DNA from: Gammaproteobacteria bacterium
GTDB lineage: Bacteria; Pseudomonadota; Gammaproteobacteria; Eutrophobiales; Eutrophobiaceae
Assembly: GCA_041556555.1 (NCBI GenBank)
Contig: JBFFIE010000005.1
Span: 7,998 to 71,997, forward strand
Direction: 5' to 3'
DNA: 64,000 bases
Part shown: positions 1-9,834 of the stretch, piece after piece
How the letters are laid out: every line of letters begins with the position of its first letter
Numbering within the stretch: position 1 is the stretch's first letter
The notes under the pieces: generated by a model
The model's database searches: none
Told to the model about the DNA's origin: nothing
Seen by the model: the letters and a program-made list of their open reading frames with translations, nothing else
Translations under genes and position numbers: made by a program

Positions 1-2
1 AT

Positions 3-137
3 TACAGCGTTGGTGTATCCAAAGACATGGGCATGTTCACATTCGATCTTAGTTATGTCGATACGGACCTGGATGATAATGAGTGTGGAGATATCTGTGA
101 TTCAACTGCAGTCTTCACGGTATCCAGTAGTTTCTAA
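3..137 (+). CDS. 3' end of TorF-family putative porin (partial)
   Basis: Frame reads YSVGVSKDMGMFTFDLSYVDTD...AVFTVSSSF*; C-terminal Phe beta-barrel signature; this family typically lies upstream of glnK-amtB. Confidence 0.7.
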   Translation, partial: YSVGVSKDMGMFTFDLSYVDTDLDDNECGDICDSTAVFTVSSSF

Positions 138-152
138 TTCGTAATTAACTAA

Positions 153-545
<393 letters not shown>

Positions 546-594
546 TCATGCGGCTATTTAATCAAAGACAAACTTAATTTACAGGAGTCTTAAG

Positions 595-1869
595 GTGGAA
601 AATCAAATTTTCGAACTACAGTATGCAATTGACACTTTTTACTTTCTGGTAATGGGTGCTTTTGTGATGTGGATGGCCGCCGGCTTCTCGATGCTTGAAG
701 CAGGATTGGTTCGATCCAAAAACACAACCGAGATACTGACGAAAAATGTTGCGCTATATTCCGTCGCTTGCACAATGTACATGATCTGCGGTTATAACAT
801 CATGTACGGCGGCGGCTGGTTCCTCTCCGGTGTGGAAACCGTGGCAAATCTCGATGTTGCCGGTGCGCTGGCAGCGTCTGCGGAAAACGGCTTTGACGGT
901 GATTCTGTTTACGCCGGGGCCTCGGACTTTTTCTTCCAAGTCGTCTTCGTGGCAACCGCCATGTCGATCGTATCCGGTGCAGTGGCCGAGCGTATGAAGC
1001 TCTGGGCCTTCTTTATTTTTGCAATCGTCATGACCGGTTTCATCTATCCGATGGAAGGTGGCTGGACCTGGGGCGGCAATTCCGTATTCGGCATGTATGA
1101 ACTGAGTTACAGTGACTATGCCGGTTCCGGCATTGTTCACCTGGCAGGTGCAACAGCGGCTCTGGCCGGTGTTCTTCTGCTGGGCCCACGTAAAGGCAAG
1201 TACACTGCCGATGGCAAATCCAGGGCCATACCCGGAGCCAACCTGCCGTTGGCTACCCTGGGTACGTTCATCCTCTGGATGGGCTGGTTCGGTTTCAACG
1301 GCGGCTCGACCCTGAAACTGGGTGGCATCGCTGTGGCTAACGAGGTGGCCTATGTGTTCCTGAATACCAACGCAGCTGCTGCCGGTGGTTTGATTGCCGC
1401 GCTGCTGACTGCGAAGTTACTGTTTGGCAGGGCTGACCTGACCATGGCGCTGAACGGTGCTCTGGCCGGTCTGGTTGCAATCACAGCTGAACCTGCCGAC
1501 CCGACTGCCCTGCAGGCCACCCTGATTGGTGCCGCCGGCGGTGTTCTGGTGGTCTTCAGTATTCTGGCCATGGACAAGATGAAGATCGACGACCCCGTCG
1601 GTGCTATCTCTGTCCACGGTACAGTCGGTATCTGGGGTATCCTGGCGGTTCTCCTGACCGATGCTGATGCTACCCTCAGCGGTCAGCTGGTTGGTTTGTT
1701 AACCATCTTTGTCTGGGTATTTGTCGTCAGCCTGGTAACCTGGTTTATCCTCAAGATGGTCATGGGGATCCGGGTCAGCGAGGAAGAGGAATACGAAGGT
1801 GTCGATATCTCTGAATGTGGTGTCGAGGCTTATCCCGAGTTTACCGCTGCCAGATCACCCAACGTATAG
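595..1869 (+). CDS. amtB: Ammonium transporter (marine-subtype-like Amt)
   Basis: DYAGSGIVH, WMGWFGFNGGS, DDPVGAISVHG (both conserved His); GTG start after CAGGAG. Confidence 0.95.
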   Translation: MENQIFELQYAIDTFYFLVMGAFVMWMAAGFSMLEAGLVRSKNTTEILTKNVALYSVACTMYMICGYNIMYGGGWFLSGVETVANLDVAGALAASAENGFDGDSVYAGASDFFFQVVFVATAMSIVSGAVAERMKLWAFFIFAIVMTGFIYPMEGGWTWGGNSVFGMYELSYSDYAGSGIVHLAGATAALAGVLLLGPRKGKYTADGKSRAIPGANLPLATLGTFILWMGWFGFNGGSTLKLGGIAVANEVAYVFLNTNAAAAGGLIAALLTAKLLFGRADLTMALNGALAGLVAITAEPADPTALQATLIGAAGGVLVVFSILAMDKMKIDDPVGAISVHGTVGIWGILAVLLTDADATLSGQLVGLLTIFVWVFVVSLVTWFILKMVMGIRVSEEEEYEGVDISECGVEAYPEFTAARSPNV

Positions 1870-1891
1870 ACAGTAAAAGTCATTAACAACA

Positions 1892-1920
1892 AAAACGGGC
1901 GCTGCGGCGCCCGTTTTTTT
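1892..1920 (+). terminator. Rho-independent terminator
   Basis: AAAACGGGCGC-TGCG-GCGCCCGTTTTTTT. Confidence 0.9.
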
Positions 1921-2047
1921 ATGTGTCTGGCAAAACAACTTCCTTGTGAGGAGATTGACCGCGTGCACCTGCCCGAATTAATTGCTATTCTTCTTTCCGC
2001 ACAAAAACAGTGCGTTTATAACAAACAATCGAAAAAATCAATCCTAG

Positions 2048-2404
<357 letters not shown>

Positions 2405-2422
2405 AATTGGGGGGCTTGGAAA

Positions 2423-3712
2423 ATGCAATCGAAATTGGGGAAAAGCTTATTATTGTTGGGCCTTGCGCTGACATCCGCGGGGGTGTGTGCTGCGGAGGAG
2501 GCGATTAATGGCGCCAACACATCCTGGATTCTGACATCCACGGCGCTGGTTCTGTTTATGACAATCCCGGGTCTGGCCCTGTTTTATTCCGGGTTGGTCA
2601 GGCACAAGAATGTGCTGTCGGTATTAATGCAATGTTTTACCATCACCTGCCTAGTGTCGATCCTGTGGATGGTTTTTGCTTACGGTCTGGCCTTCGGCGA
2701 TGGCGGCAGCGCGAACAGCATGGTCGGGGGTGGCAAGCTGTTCATGGACGGGATCGGTCTGAACAGTGTCAGTGGCGACATACCCGAAACTGTCTTTTTC
2801 ATGTTCCAGATGACCTTTGCGATCATCACACCGGCCCTGATTGTGGGTGGGTTTGCCGAGCGCATGAAATTCTCGGCAGTCATCTGGTTCACCACTTTGT
2901 GGCTGGCCCTGGTCTATGCGCCGATCTGTCACTGGGTCTGGGGCGGTGGCTGGCTGGCTGACCGCGGTTTCATGGACTTTGCCGGTGGTTCCGTGGTGCA
3001 TATTAATGCTGGTGTCGCTGCCGTGGTTGCTGCGGTTTATATTGGCCGACGCCGGGGTTTTCCGGAAACTGCTATGCCACCGCATAACATGACGTTGACC
3101 GTGGCCGGGGCCTCCATGCTCTGGGTCGGCTGGTTCGGTTTTAATGCCGGCAGTGCGCTTGCCGCTGGAACCAGTGCCGGGATGGCCATGGTGGTTACAC
3201 ACATTTCAGCAGCCGCGGGTTCGCTGGCCTGGATGGCCTGTGAATGGATTCGTTACGGCAAACCCAGTGTCCTGGGAATCGTAACCGGTATGGTTGCCGG
3301 ACTGGGCACCATTACTCCGGCGTCCGGTTTTGTTGGTCCAGTAGGTGGTCTGATCATCGGGATATCAGCCGGTGTAATCTGCTACTTCGCTACCCAGTTT
3401 ATGAAGCGGGCACTGAAGATCGACGATTCACTTGATGTCTTCCCGGTCCACGGTGTGGGCGGGATGCTAGGTACGTTACTCACGGCTGTATTTGCTGCGG
3501 AATCACTGGGTGGACTGGGTCTGGAAACCAGCATCTCCGCGCAACTGGCTACCCAGTTCACTGGTGTTATTGCCACCGTGGTCTGGTGCGGGGCTATAAC
3601 TCTGTTGATACTGTTCCTTATCGACAAGGTGCTTGGTATCCGTGTGACCCCGGATCAGGAGACTGAGGGCCTGGATGTGACCCAGCACAATGAACGGGGC
3701 TATATTCTTTAA
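2423..3712 (+). CDS. amtB: Ammonium transporter, canonical AmtB type with signal peptide
   Basis: FQMTFAIITPAL, HWVWGGG, DFAGGSVVH, DDSLDVFPVHG. Confidence 0.96.
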   Translation: MQSKLGKSLLLLGLALTSAGVCAAEEAINGANTSWILTSTALVLFMTIPGLALFYSGLVRHKNVLSVLMQCFTITCLVSILWMVFAYGLAFGDGGSANSMVGGGKLFMDGIGLNSVSGDIPETVFFMFQMTFAIITPALIVGGFAERMKFSAVIWFTTLWLALVYAPICHWVWGGGWLADRGFMDFAGGSVVHINAGVAAVVAAVYIGRRRGFPETAMPPHNMTLTVAGASMLWVGWFGFNAGSALAAGTSAGMAMVVTHISAAAGSLAWMACEWIRYGKPSVLGIVTGMVAGLGTITPASGFVGPVGGLIIGISAGVICYFATQFMKRALKIDDSLDVFPVHGVGGMLGTLLTAVFAAESLGGLGLETSISAQLATQFTGVIATVVWCGAITLLILFLIDKVLGIRVTPDQETEGLDVTQHNERGYIL

Positions 3713-3733
3713 ATAGTCTCATTACGCTGGTAT

Positions 3734-3761
3734 AAACGGGCACTTCGGTGCCCGTTTTTTT
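3734..3761 (+). terminator. Rho-independent terminator
   Basis: AAACGGGCAC-TTCG-GTGCCCGTTTTTTT. Confidence 0.9.
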
Positions 3762-3911
3762 GATGGGTTTGCAAGCATGCAAAGTTGATCCAGTCCAGTG
3801 GGACACGACTATTCAGTGATTTCCCGGAGTGCTGTATCATTTGTTACTGCTTGAATCGTCAGGCAGTATCCCTCGTGGATCAATTTAAATGACTGACTGA
3901 ATAATAATTTC

Positions 3912-4961
3912 ATGGCAGAACTCGTTGAAAGGTCCATTCTAAAACAGCTGATCCCGGTCAATTCGTTGCAAGGCGAAAATTTTCAGGAATTGGCCAGCAA
4001 AGCCAGGATAGAGACTGTACCAGCAGGTAGGGTACTGTTTAAGGAAGGGCAACTGGACAAAAACAAGGTGTATCTTATTGATGGCCAGGTTGAATTAATG
4101 ACTGCGTCTGGCGACTCCACCATTATTGATGCCGGGACCAAGACAGCCAGAAATCCGCTGGATAACCACATTCCCAAGCGGCACACTGCAAAAACAAAAG
4201 TTACTTCCAAGATCACACGTATAGATGCCGATCTGCTTGACGTATTACTGACCTGGGACCAGTTGGCCGGTATTGAAGTTGATGAAATCCAGTCAGATAA
4301 GCAGGGTAAACGTGAAGGGGGTTCCGACTGGATGACCCAAATCCTGCAGTCCAAGGCCTTCCTCCAGGTTCCTCCCGCCAATATCCAGGCCATGTTCATG
4401 CGCATCAAGGAGATACCGGTTGCTGCCGGACAAACTATCGTCAGGCAGGGAGACGAAGGGGAATACTATTACATTATTCAGCGCGGCGAATGCAAGGTTA
4501 CCCGAAGTTCCAAGGCAAAAACCGAATTAACACTGGCCACGCTGAAAGAAGGAGATGCCTTCGGTGAAGAGGCTCTCCTGTCAGATGCCAAGCGCAATGC
4601 CAGTGTTACCATGAAGACAGATGGCGTGCTCATGCGACTGTCCAAGGATGATTTCAATGAATTACTGAAGGAGCCAATGTTGAGCTGGGTTGATTTCCCG
4701 CAGGCAGAGGAAATGGTTAAAAATGGCGCTGTCTGGCTCGATGTTCGTCTTGAGAGTGAACATAAAAATTCCGCATTACCGGGCAGTATGAACATGCCGC
4801 TATTTACCCTTCGTATCAAGGCAGACAAACTCGAGCCTGACAAAAAGTATATCCTTTACTGTGATACCGGACGGCGCAGTTCAGCAGGCGCCTTTCTTCT
4901 GAGTGAACGAGGTGTCCAGGCCTATTGCCTTCAGGGTGGTTTACAGGCCCGCGGCTCCTGA
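3912..4961 (+). CDS. Tandem cyclic-nucleotide-binding domains plus C-terminal rhodanese domain
   Basis: IVRQGDEGEYYYIIQRG...FGEEALL...RNASV (cNMP); LDVR...YCDTGRRS...LQGGL (rhodanese). Confidence 0.85.
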   Translation: MAELVERSILKQLIPVNSLQGENFQELASKARIETVPAGRVLFKEGQLDKNKVYLIDGQVELMTASGDSTIIDAGTKTARNPLDNHIPKRHTAKTKVTSKITRIDADLLDVLLTWDQLAGIEVDEIQSDKQGKREGGSDWMTQILQSKAFLQVPPANIQAMFMRIKEIPVAAGQTIVRQGDEGEYYYIIQRGECKVTRSSKAKTELTLATLKEGDAFGEEALLSDAKRNASVTMKTDGVLMRLSKDDFNELLKEPMLSWVDFPQAEEMVKNGAVWLDVRLESEHKNSALPGSMNMPLFTLRIKADKLEPDKKYILYCDTGRRSSAGAFLLSERGVQAYCLQGGLQARGS

Positions 4962-4987
4962 ATCGCCAGATCAATTCTTACGGATTG

Positions 4988-5839
4988 ATGACAACTTATA
5001 ATATTAATCCAGACATCGATAATTACTGTGTCATGGGGAACCCCGTTTCTCACAGTAAATCACCTTTAATCCATTCAGAATTTGCGAAACAAACCGGGCA
5101 GGAACTTTACTACCAGGCAATCGAAGTTGATACTGATGGGTTTGCCCGCGCTGTCAATGAATTTAGAACGGAGGGAGGTATGGGACTCAATGTCACCGTC
5201 CCATTCAAGGAAGAAGCCTGCCGGATTTCAGACAAGCTGACTCCAAGAGCAAATCATGCCGGCGCTGTAAACACTATTTGGTTTGAACAGAATAACACCA
5301 TCTGTTTCGGCGATAATACTGATGGCATTGGTTTAATCCGGGACCTGACCATTAATAATGACATTGATCTGGCAGGACTGGATATTCTTGTTCTGGGAGC
5401 AGGTGGCGCAGTACGCGGCATACTTGGGCCGTTGTTGAATGAATCTCCTTCCCGAGTAGTGATAGCCAATCGCACCCTGGCGCGTGCGCAAACCCTCGTT
5501 GAACTTTTTTTAACGCACGGCGATATCAGCGCAGTTGAATATTCCTCCCTGCCAGGGCAATCATTTGATCTTGTTATCAACGGCACATCTCTGGGACTGA
5601 AAGGTGAAATACCACCATTGCCTGAGGGCCTTCTCAAAGATCAAGCCAGTTGCTATGACCTTGCCTATGCAAAAGGTGATACGGCCTTTGTCAGTTGGGC
5701 CTTGCAGCAGGGAGCAGGCAAGGCAGTGGATGGCATTGGGATGCTGGTAGAGCAGGCCGCGGAGTCATTTTACATCTGGCGCGGAGTTATGCCTAAAACA
5801 GTCCCCGTGATCAGTCTGCTCAAGATGAAGATGGCCTGA
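4988..5839 (+). CDS. aroE: Shikimate dehydrogenase
   Basis: GNPVSHSKSPLIH, NVTVPFK, GDNTDG, GAGGA, GMLVEQAA; start taken at ATG 4988. Confidence 0.95.
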   Translation: MTTYNINPDIDNYCVMGNPVSHSKSPLIHSEFAKQTGQELYYQAIEVDTDGFARAVNEFRTEGGMGLNVTVPFKEEACRISDKLTPRANHAGAVNTIWFEQNNTICFGDNTDGIGLIRDLTINNDIDLAGLDILVLGAGGAVRGILGPLLNESPSRVVIANRTLARAQTLVELFLTHGDISAVEYSSLPGQSFDLVINGTSLGLKGEIPPLPEGLLKDQASCYDLAYAKGDTAFVSWALQQGAGKAVDGIGMLVEQAAESFYIWRGVMPKTVPVISLLKMKMA

Positions 5840-5861
5840 ATCAGTTCGCCTGTATTTTTTG

Positions 5862-7178
5862 CTATTTCAGGCCATGCATCCTGTCCATGATGTCCGGCAA
5901 CCACAGTACAAAATCAGGGAAAGTAATCAGAATCAGGATCCCGATTAACTGGAGTATGACAAACGGAATGATGCCGCGGTAAATGTGGTGAATATTGACT
6001 GCGGGTGGTGCAACGGCTTTCAGGTAAAATAATGAAAACCCGAATGGCGGTGTCAGGAATGACGTTTGCAGATTGATGGCTATCAAGATTGCAAACCACA
6101 ACAGGTCAACCTGCATGTGCTGGGCGATCGGGGAAAGAATGGGAACGACGATAAAACAGATTTGCAGAAAATCGAGAAAGAATCCCAGCACGAACACCAG
6201 CAACATACTGATCAGCAAAAATCCCCAGATCCCGCCGGGCAGGTTGGTCATTAGCTCCAGTACCATGATATCACCGCCCATTCCCCTGAAGACAAGACCA
6301 AAGGCATTGGCACCGATCAAAATCAGGAACACCATGCTGGTTAGCCGTGTGGTCAGGCGCATGGAATCTTTCAGGTTCGCCATTGTAAGTTTTCTATGAC
6401 TCGCTGCCAGGCACATGGCACCGAGTGCGCCTACGGCAGCAGATTCCGTTGGTGAAGCAATTCCGAAAAAGATAGAACCCAATACGGCAACGACCAGAAC
6501 CAGGGGTGGTAACAGTGAGAAGATAACCCGGGTAAAGAGGTGATTTGATTTGTCCTGTTTCAAGGCCGGCGCTGATTGGGGAAAAAACCAGGCCACACCG
6601 CCCAGATAGATACAAAACAAGACCACCAGTAACAGCCCAGGGATAACCGCTGCCATGAACAGACGACCGACAGGAACACCCATTACATCGCCCAGCAGGA
6701 TCAGGATGATGCTTGGTGGAATGATTTGTCCCAGGGTACCGGATGCCGCGATGGTGCCACTGGCCAGTTGTGGTGAGTAAGCATGCTTGAGCATGGTGGG
6801 CAGGGCAATGATGCCCATGGTAACGACCGTGGCACCAACAACACCGGTAGTGGCAGCCAACAGTGCACCGACGATCACCACCGAGAGAGCGAGGCCGCCA
6901 CGCAGACGACCAAATAACAAGGCCATGGTCTCCAGCAGTTCCTCGGCCAGTCCGGATTTGTCGAGAATTACGCCCATAAAGATAAACAGTGGTACAGCCA
7001 ACAGGCTGAAATTGGTCATAACTCCCCAGATGTTCAAAGGCAGCAGATCAAAGAATGCAAATTCCAGAAAGATGCTGCCAAACAGCAGGGCAACAGCACC
7101 CAGGGTGAGGGCAACGGGGTAGCCCAGCAGCAAGAGGACGATCAAGGCGAGGAACATGACACCGATCCAGAGGCTCAT
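5862..7178 (-). CDS. dctM: TRAP transporter large permease
   Basis: AASGTLGQIIPPS, NLQTSFLTPPFGFSLFYLK. Confidence 0.92.
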   Translation of the reverse strand: MSLWIGVMFLALIVLLLLGYPVALTLGAVALLFGSIFLEFAFFDLLPLNIWGVMTNFSLLAVPLFIFMGVILDKSGLAEELLETMALLFGRLRGGLALSVVIVGALLAATTGVVGATVVTMGIIALPTMLKHAYSPQLASGTIAASGTLGQIIPPSIILILLGDVMGVPVGRLFMAAVIPGLLLVVLFCIYLGGVAWFFPQSAPALKQDKSNHLFTRVIFSLLPPLVLVVAVLGSIFFGIASPTESAAVGALGAMCLAASHRKLTMANLKDSMRLTTRLTSMVFLILIGANAFGLVFRGMGGDIMVLELMTNLPGGIWGFLLISMLLVFVLGFFLDFLQICFIVVPILSPIAQHMQVDLLWFAILIAINLQTSFLTPPFGFSLFYLKAVAPPAVNIHHIYRGIIPFVILQLIGILILITFPDFVLWLPDIMDRMHGLK

Positions 7179-7708
7179 GACCGGTCCTCACAAAGCAAGA
7201 CGATATTTTTAAGCAGGTCGGCAATTCCCTGCAGCATCAGCAGGATAAAACCCAGTGGAATGGTACCCTTGAGTACCCAGCGCCAGGGCAGGCCGCCCGG
7301 GTCCGGTGATGCTTCTGCATGTATGAACGCCTGTGATACAAACGGCCAGGAACTGATGATGATCAGCAGGCAAAACGGGATTAACAGGAACAGGTCACCA
7401 AAGATGTTTACCAGGGCCCGGCGCCGATCAGACATAAAGCGGCTTTGGTAAAAAAGATCAAGCCGCACATGGCCGTCGTGATGGAAGGTATAGGCTGCAC
7501 CGAGTAAAAAAATAAATGAAAACAGGTGCCATTCAAGTTCCTGCAGAGCAATCGAACCACTGTTAAAGAGGTAGCGCATGGTCACGTCGTAACTGACGAG
7601 CAGGACCAGCAGTAGCACCAGCCAGGCAACAGCCCGGCCAGTGAATTCATTGAAGTCGTGAAGAATCTGCGAGGTTTTTTTTATCCAGTACAAGGGTGTA
7701 CCTGCCAT
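7175..7708 (-). CDS. dctQ: TRAP transporter small permease
   Basis: LQELEWHLF, DGHVRLD, EASPDPGGL; overlaps dctM start by 4 nt. Confidence 0.9.
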   Translation of the reverse strand: MAGTPLYWIKKTSQILHDFNEFTGRAVAWLVLLLVLLVSYDVTMRYLFNSGSIALQELEWHLFSFIFLLGAAYTFHHDGHVRLDLFYQSRFMSDRRRALVNIFGDLFLLIPFCLLIIISSWPFVSQAFIHAEASPDPGGLPWRWVLKGTIPLGFILLMLQGIADLLKNIVLLCEDRS

Positions 7709-7809
7709 CTGCTGGTTAATTATTGTTATGGGCTGCTTTCACTGACAAACAAAGGCGGCAGTATAAACCAATTTTGCCGTGAGCCAGGCAGCCGCCTGGC
7801 CGCCAAGGG

Positions 7810-7997
7810 TTATACACAAGCCGGCAAAGGGGCTTGATCAGTCCGAAGTTATGCGAGTTAACTCCGGTAAGTATTAATTTTTATTCTATAACTACTTGTT
7901 AATAAGAGAGAATAAACGGTAAATAGCCATTTCTCCTGTTTGCACCCGGATAACGGGTGGTGACTTGCCTGAATAACTAGCCACCGAGTTATACACA
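7810..7997. promoter_or_regulatory. Two DnaA boxes flanking an AT-rich tract with an IHF-like site
   Basis: TTATACACA at 7810-7818 and 7989-7997 (match TTWTNCACA); TAACTACTTGTTA at 7889-7901. Confidence 0.5.
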
Positions 7998-8004
7998 GGC
8001 TGAA

Positions 8005-8793
8005 TCAGCCGTTTTGAGCTTCAAAACAGTGGTTTGAGAGTGTTATGTACTGTTCAACCGTGAGGTTTTCGGGGCGGAGATCCGGTGCTATCCCCAGTGC
8101 CTGGATCTCTTTAGCTGCAAGCTGCCTGTGTATTGCATTACGCAGTGTCTTGCGGCGCTGGTTAAATGCATCCCTGACCAGCTCACGGAACAGGATCGGA
8201 TCCCTGATACGTGATGACAACTTGCTGTCGGGGACCAGCCGTACAACCGAGGATTCTACCCGGGGTGGTGGAGAAAAGGAGCCGGGACCAACATCAAACA
8301 ATTTTTCGATCCGGCAAACGGACTGCATCATTACCGAGAGTCTCCCGTATTGCTTGTTACCCTCACTGGCTGCCAAGCGGTCCACCACCTCTTTTTGTAA
8401 CATGAAATGCATATCGCGGATTACGTCGGCATTTTCCAGCAGGTGAAACAGCAAAGGTGTGGAAATGTTATAGGGCAGGTTCCCGACGATCCGCAGCGCC
8501 GTGTCGCCAATGCTGGTAATGTCAAACTTGAGCGCATCGACGCAATGAATGGTCACGTTTGTGTGCTTCAGGGTTTTCTCCAGGGCAGCCACAAGGTCAC
8601 GGTCAATTTCAACAACGTGCAGGTGTTCAACCTGATTTAGTAATTCCCGGGTCAGGGCCCCATGACCCGGGCCTATCTCTACCAGTGTGTCATCGGGCCG
8701 GGGATCGATTGCCCGGATTAAACGTTCTATTACCCCGGGGTCATGCAGGAAATGCTGACCAAAGCGTTTCCGGGGCCGATGAACCGGGTTCAT
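8005..8793 (-). CDS. rsmA: 16S rRNA m6,2A dimethyltransferase
   Basis: RKRFGQHFL, EIGPGHG, GNLPYNIST, MLQKEV. Confidence 0.97.
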   Translation of the reverse strand: MNPVHRPRKRFGQHFLHDPGVIERLIRAIDPRPDDTLVEIGPGHGALTRELLNQVEHLHVVEIDRDLVAALEKTLKHTNVTIHCVDALKFDITSIGDTALRIVGNLPYNISTPLLFHLLENADVIRDMHFMLQKEVVDRLAASEGNKQYGRLSVMMQSVCRIEKLFDVGPGSFSPPPRVESSVVRLVPDSKLSSRIRDPILFRELVRDAFNQRRKTLRNAIHRQLAAKEIQALGIAPDLRPENLTVEQYITLSNHCFEAQNG

Positions 8794-9834
8794 TTACCTG
8801 ACACTGACGGGGATGCTGGTTTTATCTTCCTGGTTTCCTGTCTGCTGGTTTATCAGCAAGGTCGCCTGGTAGATTGCCGCCAGCAGGCTCGACTCATTTG
8901 CCTTGCCGGTGCCGGCAAGTTCCAGGGCGGTCCCGTGGTCGACGGAAGTACGGATGATCGGCAGGCCGAGGGTGATATTGACGGTTTCACCGAATCCCTG
9001 TGCCTTGAGTACCGGCAGTCCCTGATCATGGTACATGCTTACTACGACATCAGTATGTTTGAGGTTTTCCGGAGTAAAGGCCGTGTCCGCGGGCAAGGGC
9101 CCGGTGAGTTTTATGCCTTCCTTTCTGCAATGTTCCAGGGCAGGGATGATGATGTCGATTTCTTCCGTACCCAGGTGACCATTTTCTCCGGCATGCGGAT
9201 TCAGACCACAGACCAGGATTCGAGGATCAGCAATACCGAACCGGGATTGCAAATCGTGAAAGACTGTTCGTATCACTTTCATGACCAGTTCCCCGGTGAT
9301 GTGCTGGCTGACACGGGAAAGTGGAACATGTGTCGTGACCAGGGCGACCCGGAGTTTTTCATTGGCCAGCATCATGACGGGAAAAGCGTCGCCGCAAAGA
9401 TTAGCCAGGTACTCGGTATGTCCAATGAAGTGGTAACCGGCATCATTGATGTTTGCTTTGTGCACCGGTGCAGTGACCATGGCGTCGAAAACTCCATCAA
9501 GGCAAGCCCTGCAGGCTGTCTTCAGGGTTTCCAGTACATAAGCGGCATCCCTGAAATCCAGCTTGCCGGGGCATGAAGTAAACTTATGTATTACCGGCAG
9601 GATATTAAGCTGACCGGCGCGCTGGGGAATAGCAGGGTTAGCGGCTGAGAATTCCAGTAAATGCAATGGCAGGCCCAGTTTCCGGGCCCGGTTTATCAGC
9701 AGGTCCGGATCGGCAACAACGATGATTTCAGCAGGCAGGTCATTTTGCAGGGCCTGGACAACAATATCAGGACCGATACCTGCTGGTTCCCCGGGGGTCA
9801 GTGCTATCCTGGGACAGTTTCGATCAGTTCTCAT
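8794..9834 (-). CDS. pdxA: 4-hydroxythreonine-4-phosphate dehydrogenase
   Basis: TPGEPAGIGPD, GHTEYLA, GLNPHAGE, MYHDQGL, RTSVDHGTA; start trimmed to ATG 9834 overlapping the surA stop. Confidence 0.95.
   Translation of the reverse strand: MRTDRNCPRIALTPGEPAGIGPDIVVQALQNDLPAEIIVVADPDLLINRARKLGLPLHLLEFSAANPAIPQRAGQLNILPVIHKFTSCPGKLDFRDAAYVLETLKTACRACLDGVFDAMVTAPVHKANINDAGYHFIGHTEYLANLCGDAFPVMMLANEKLRVALVTTHVPLSRVSQHITGELVMKVIRTVFHDLQSRFGIADPRILVCGLNPHAGENGHLGTEEIDIIIPALEHCRKEGIKLTGPLPADTAFTPENLKHTDVVVSMYHDQGLPVLKAQGFGETVNITLGLPIIRTSVDHGTALELAGTGKANESSLLAAIYQATLLINQQTGNQEDKTSIPVSVR

Noticed and set aside
8743-9576. 277-aa ORF opposite pdxA
   Set aside because: Antisense shadow with no recognisable domain
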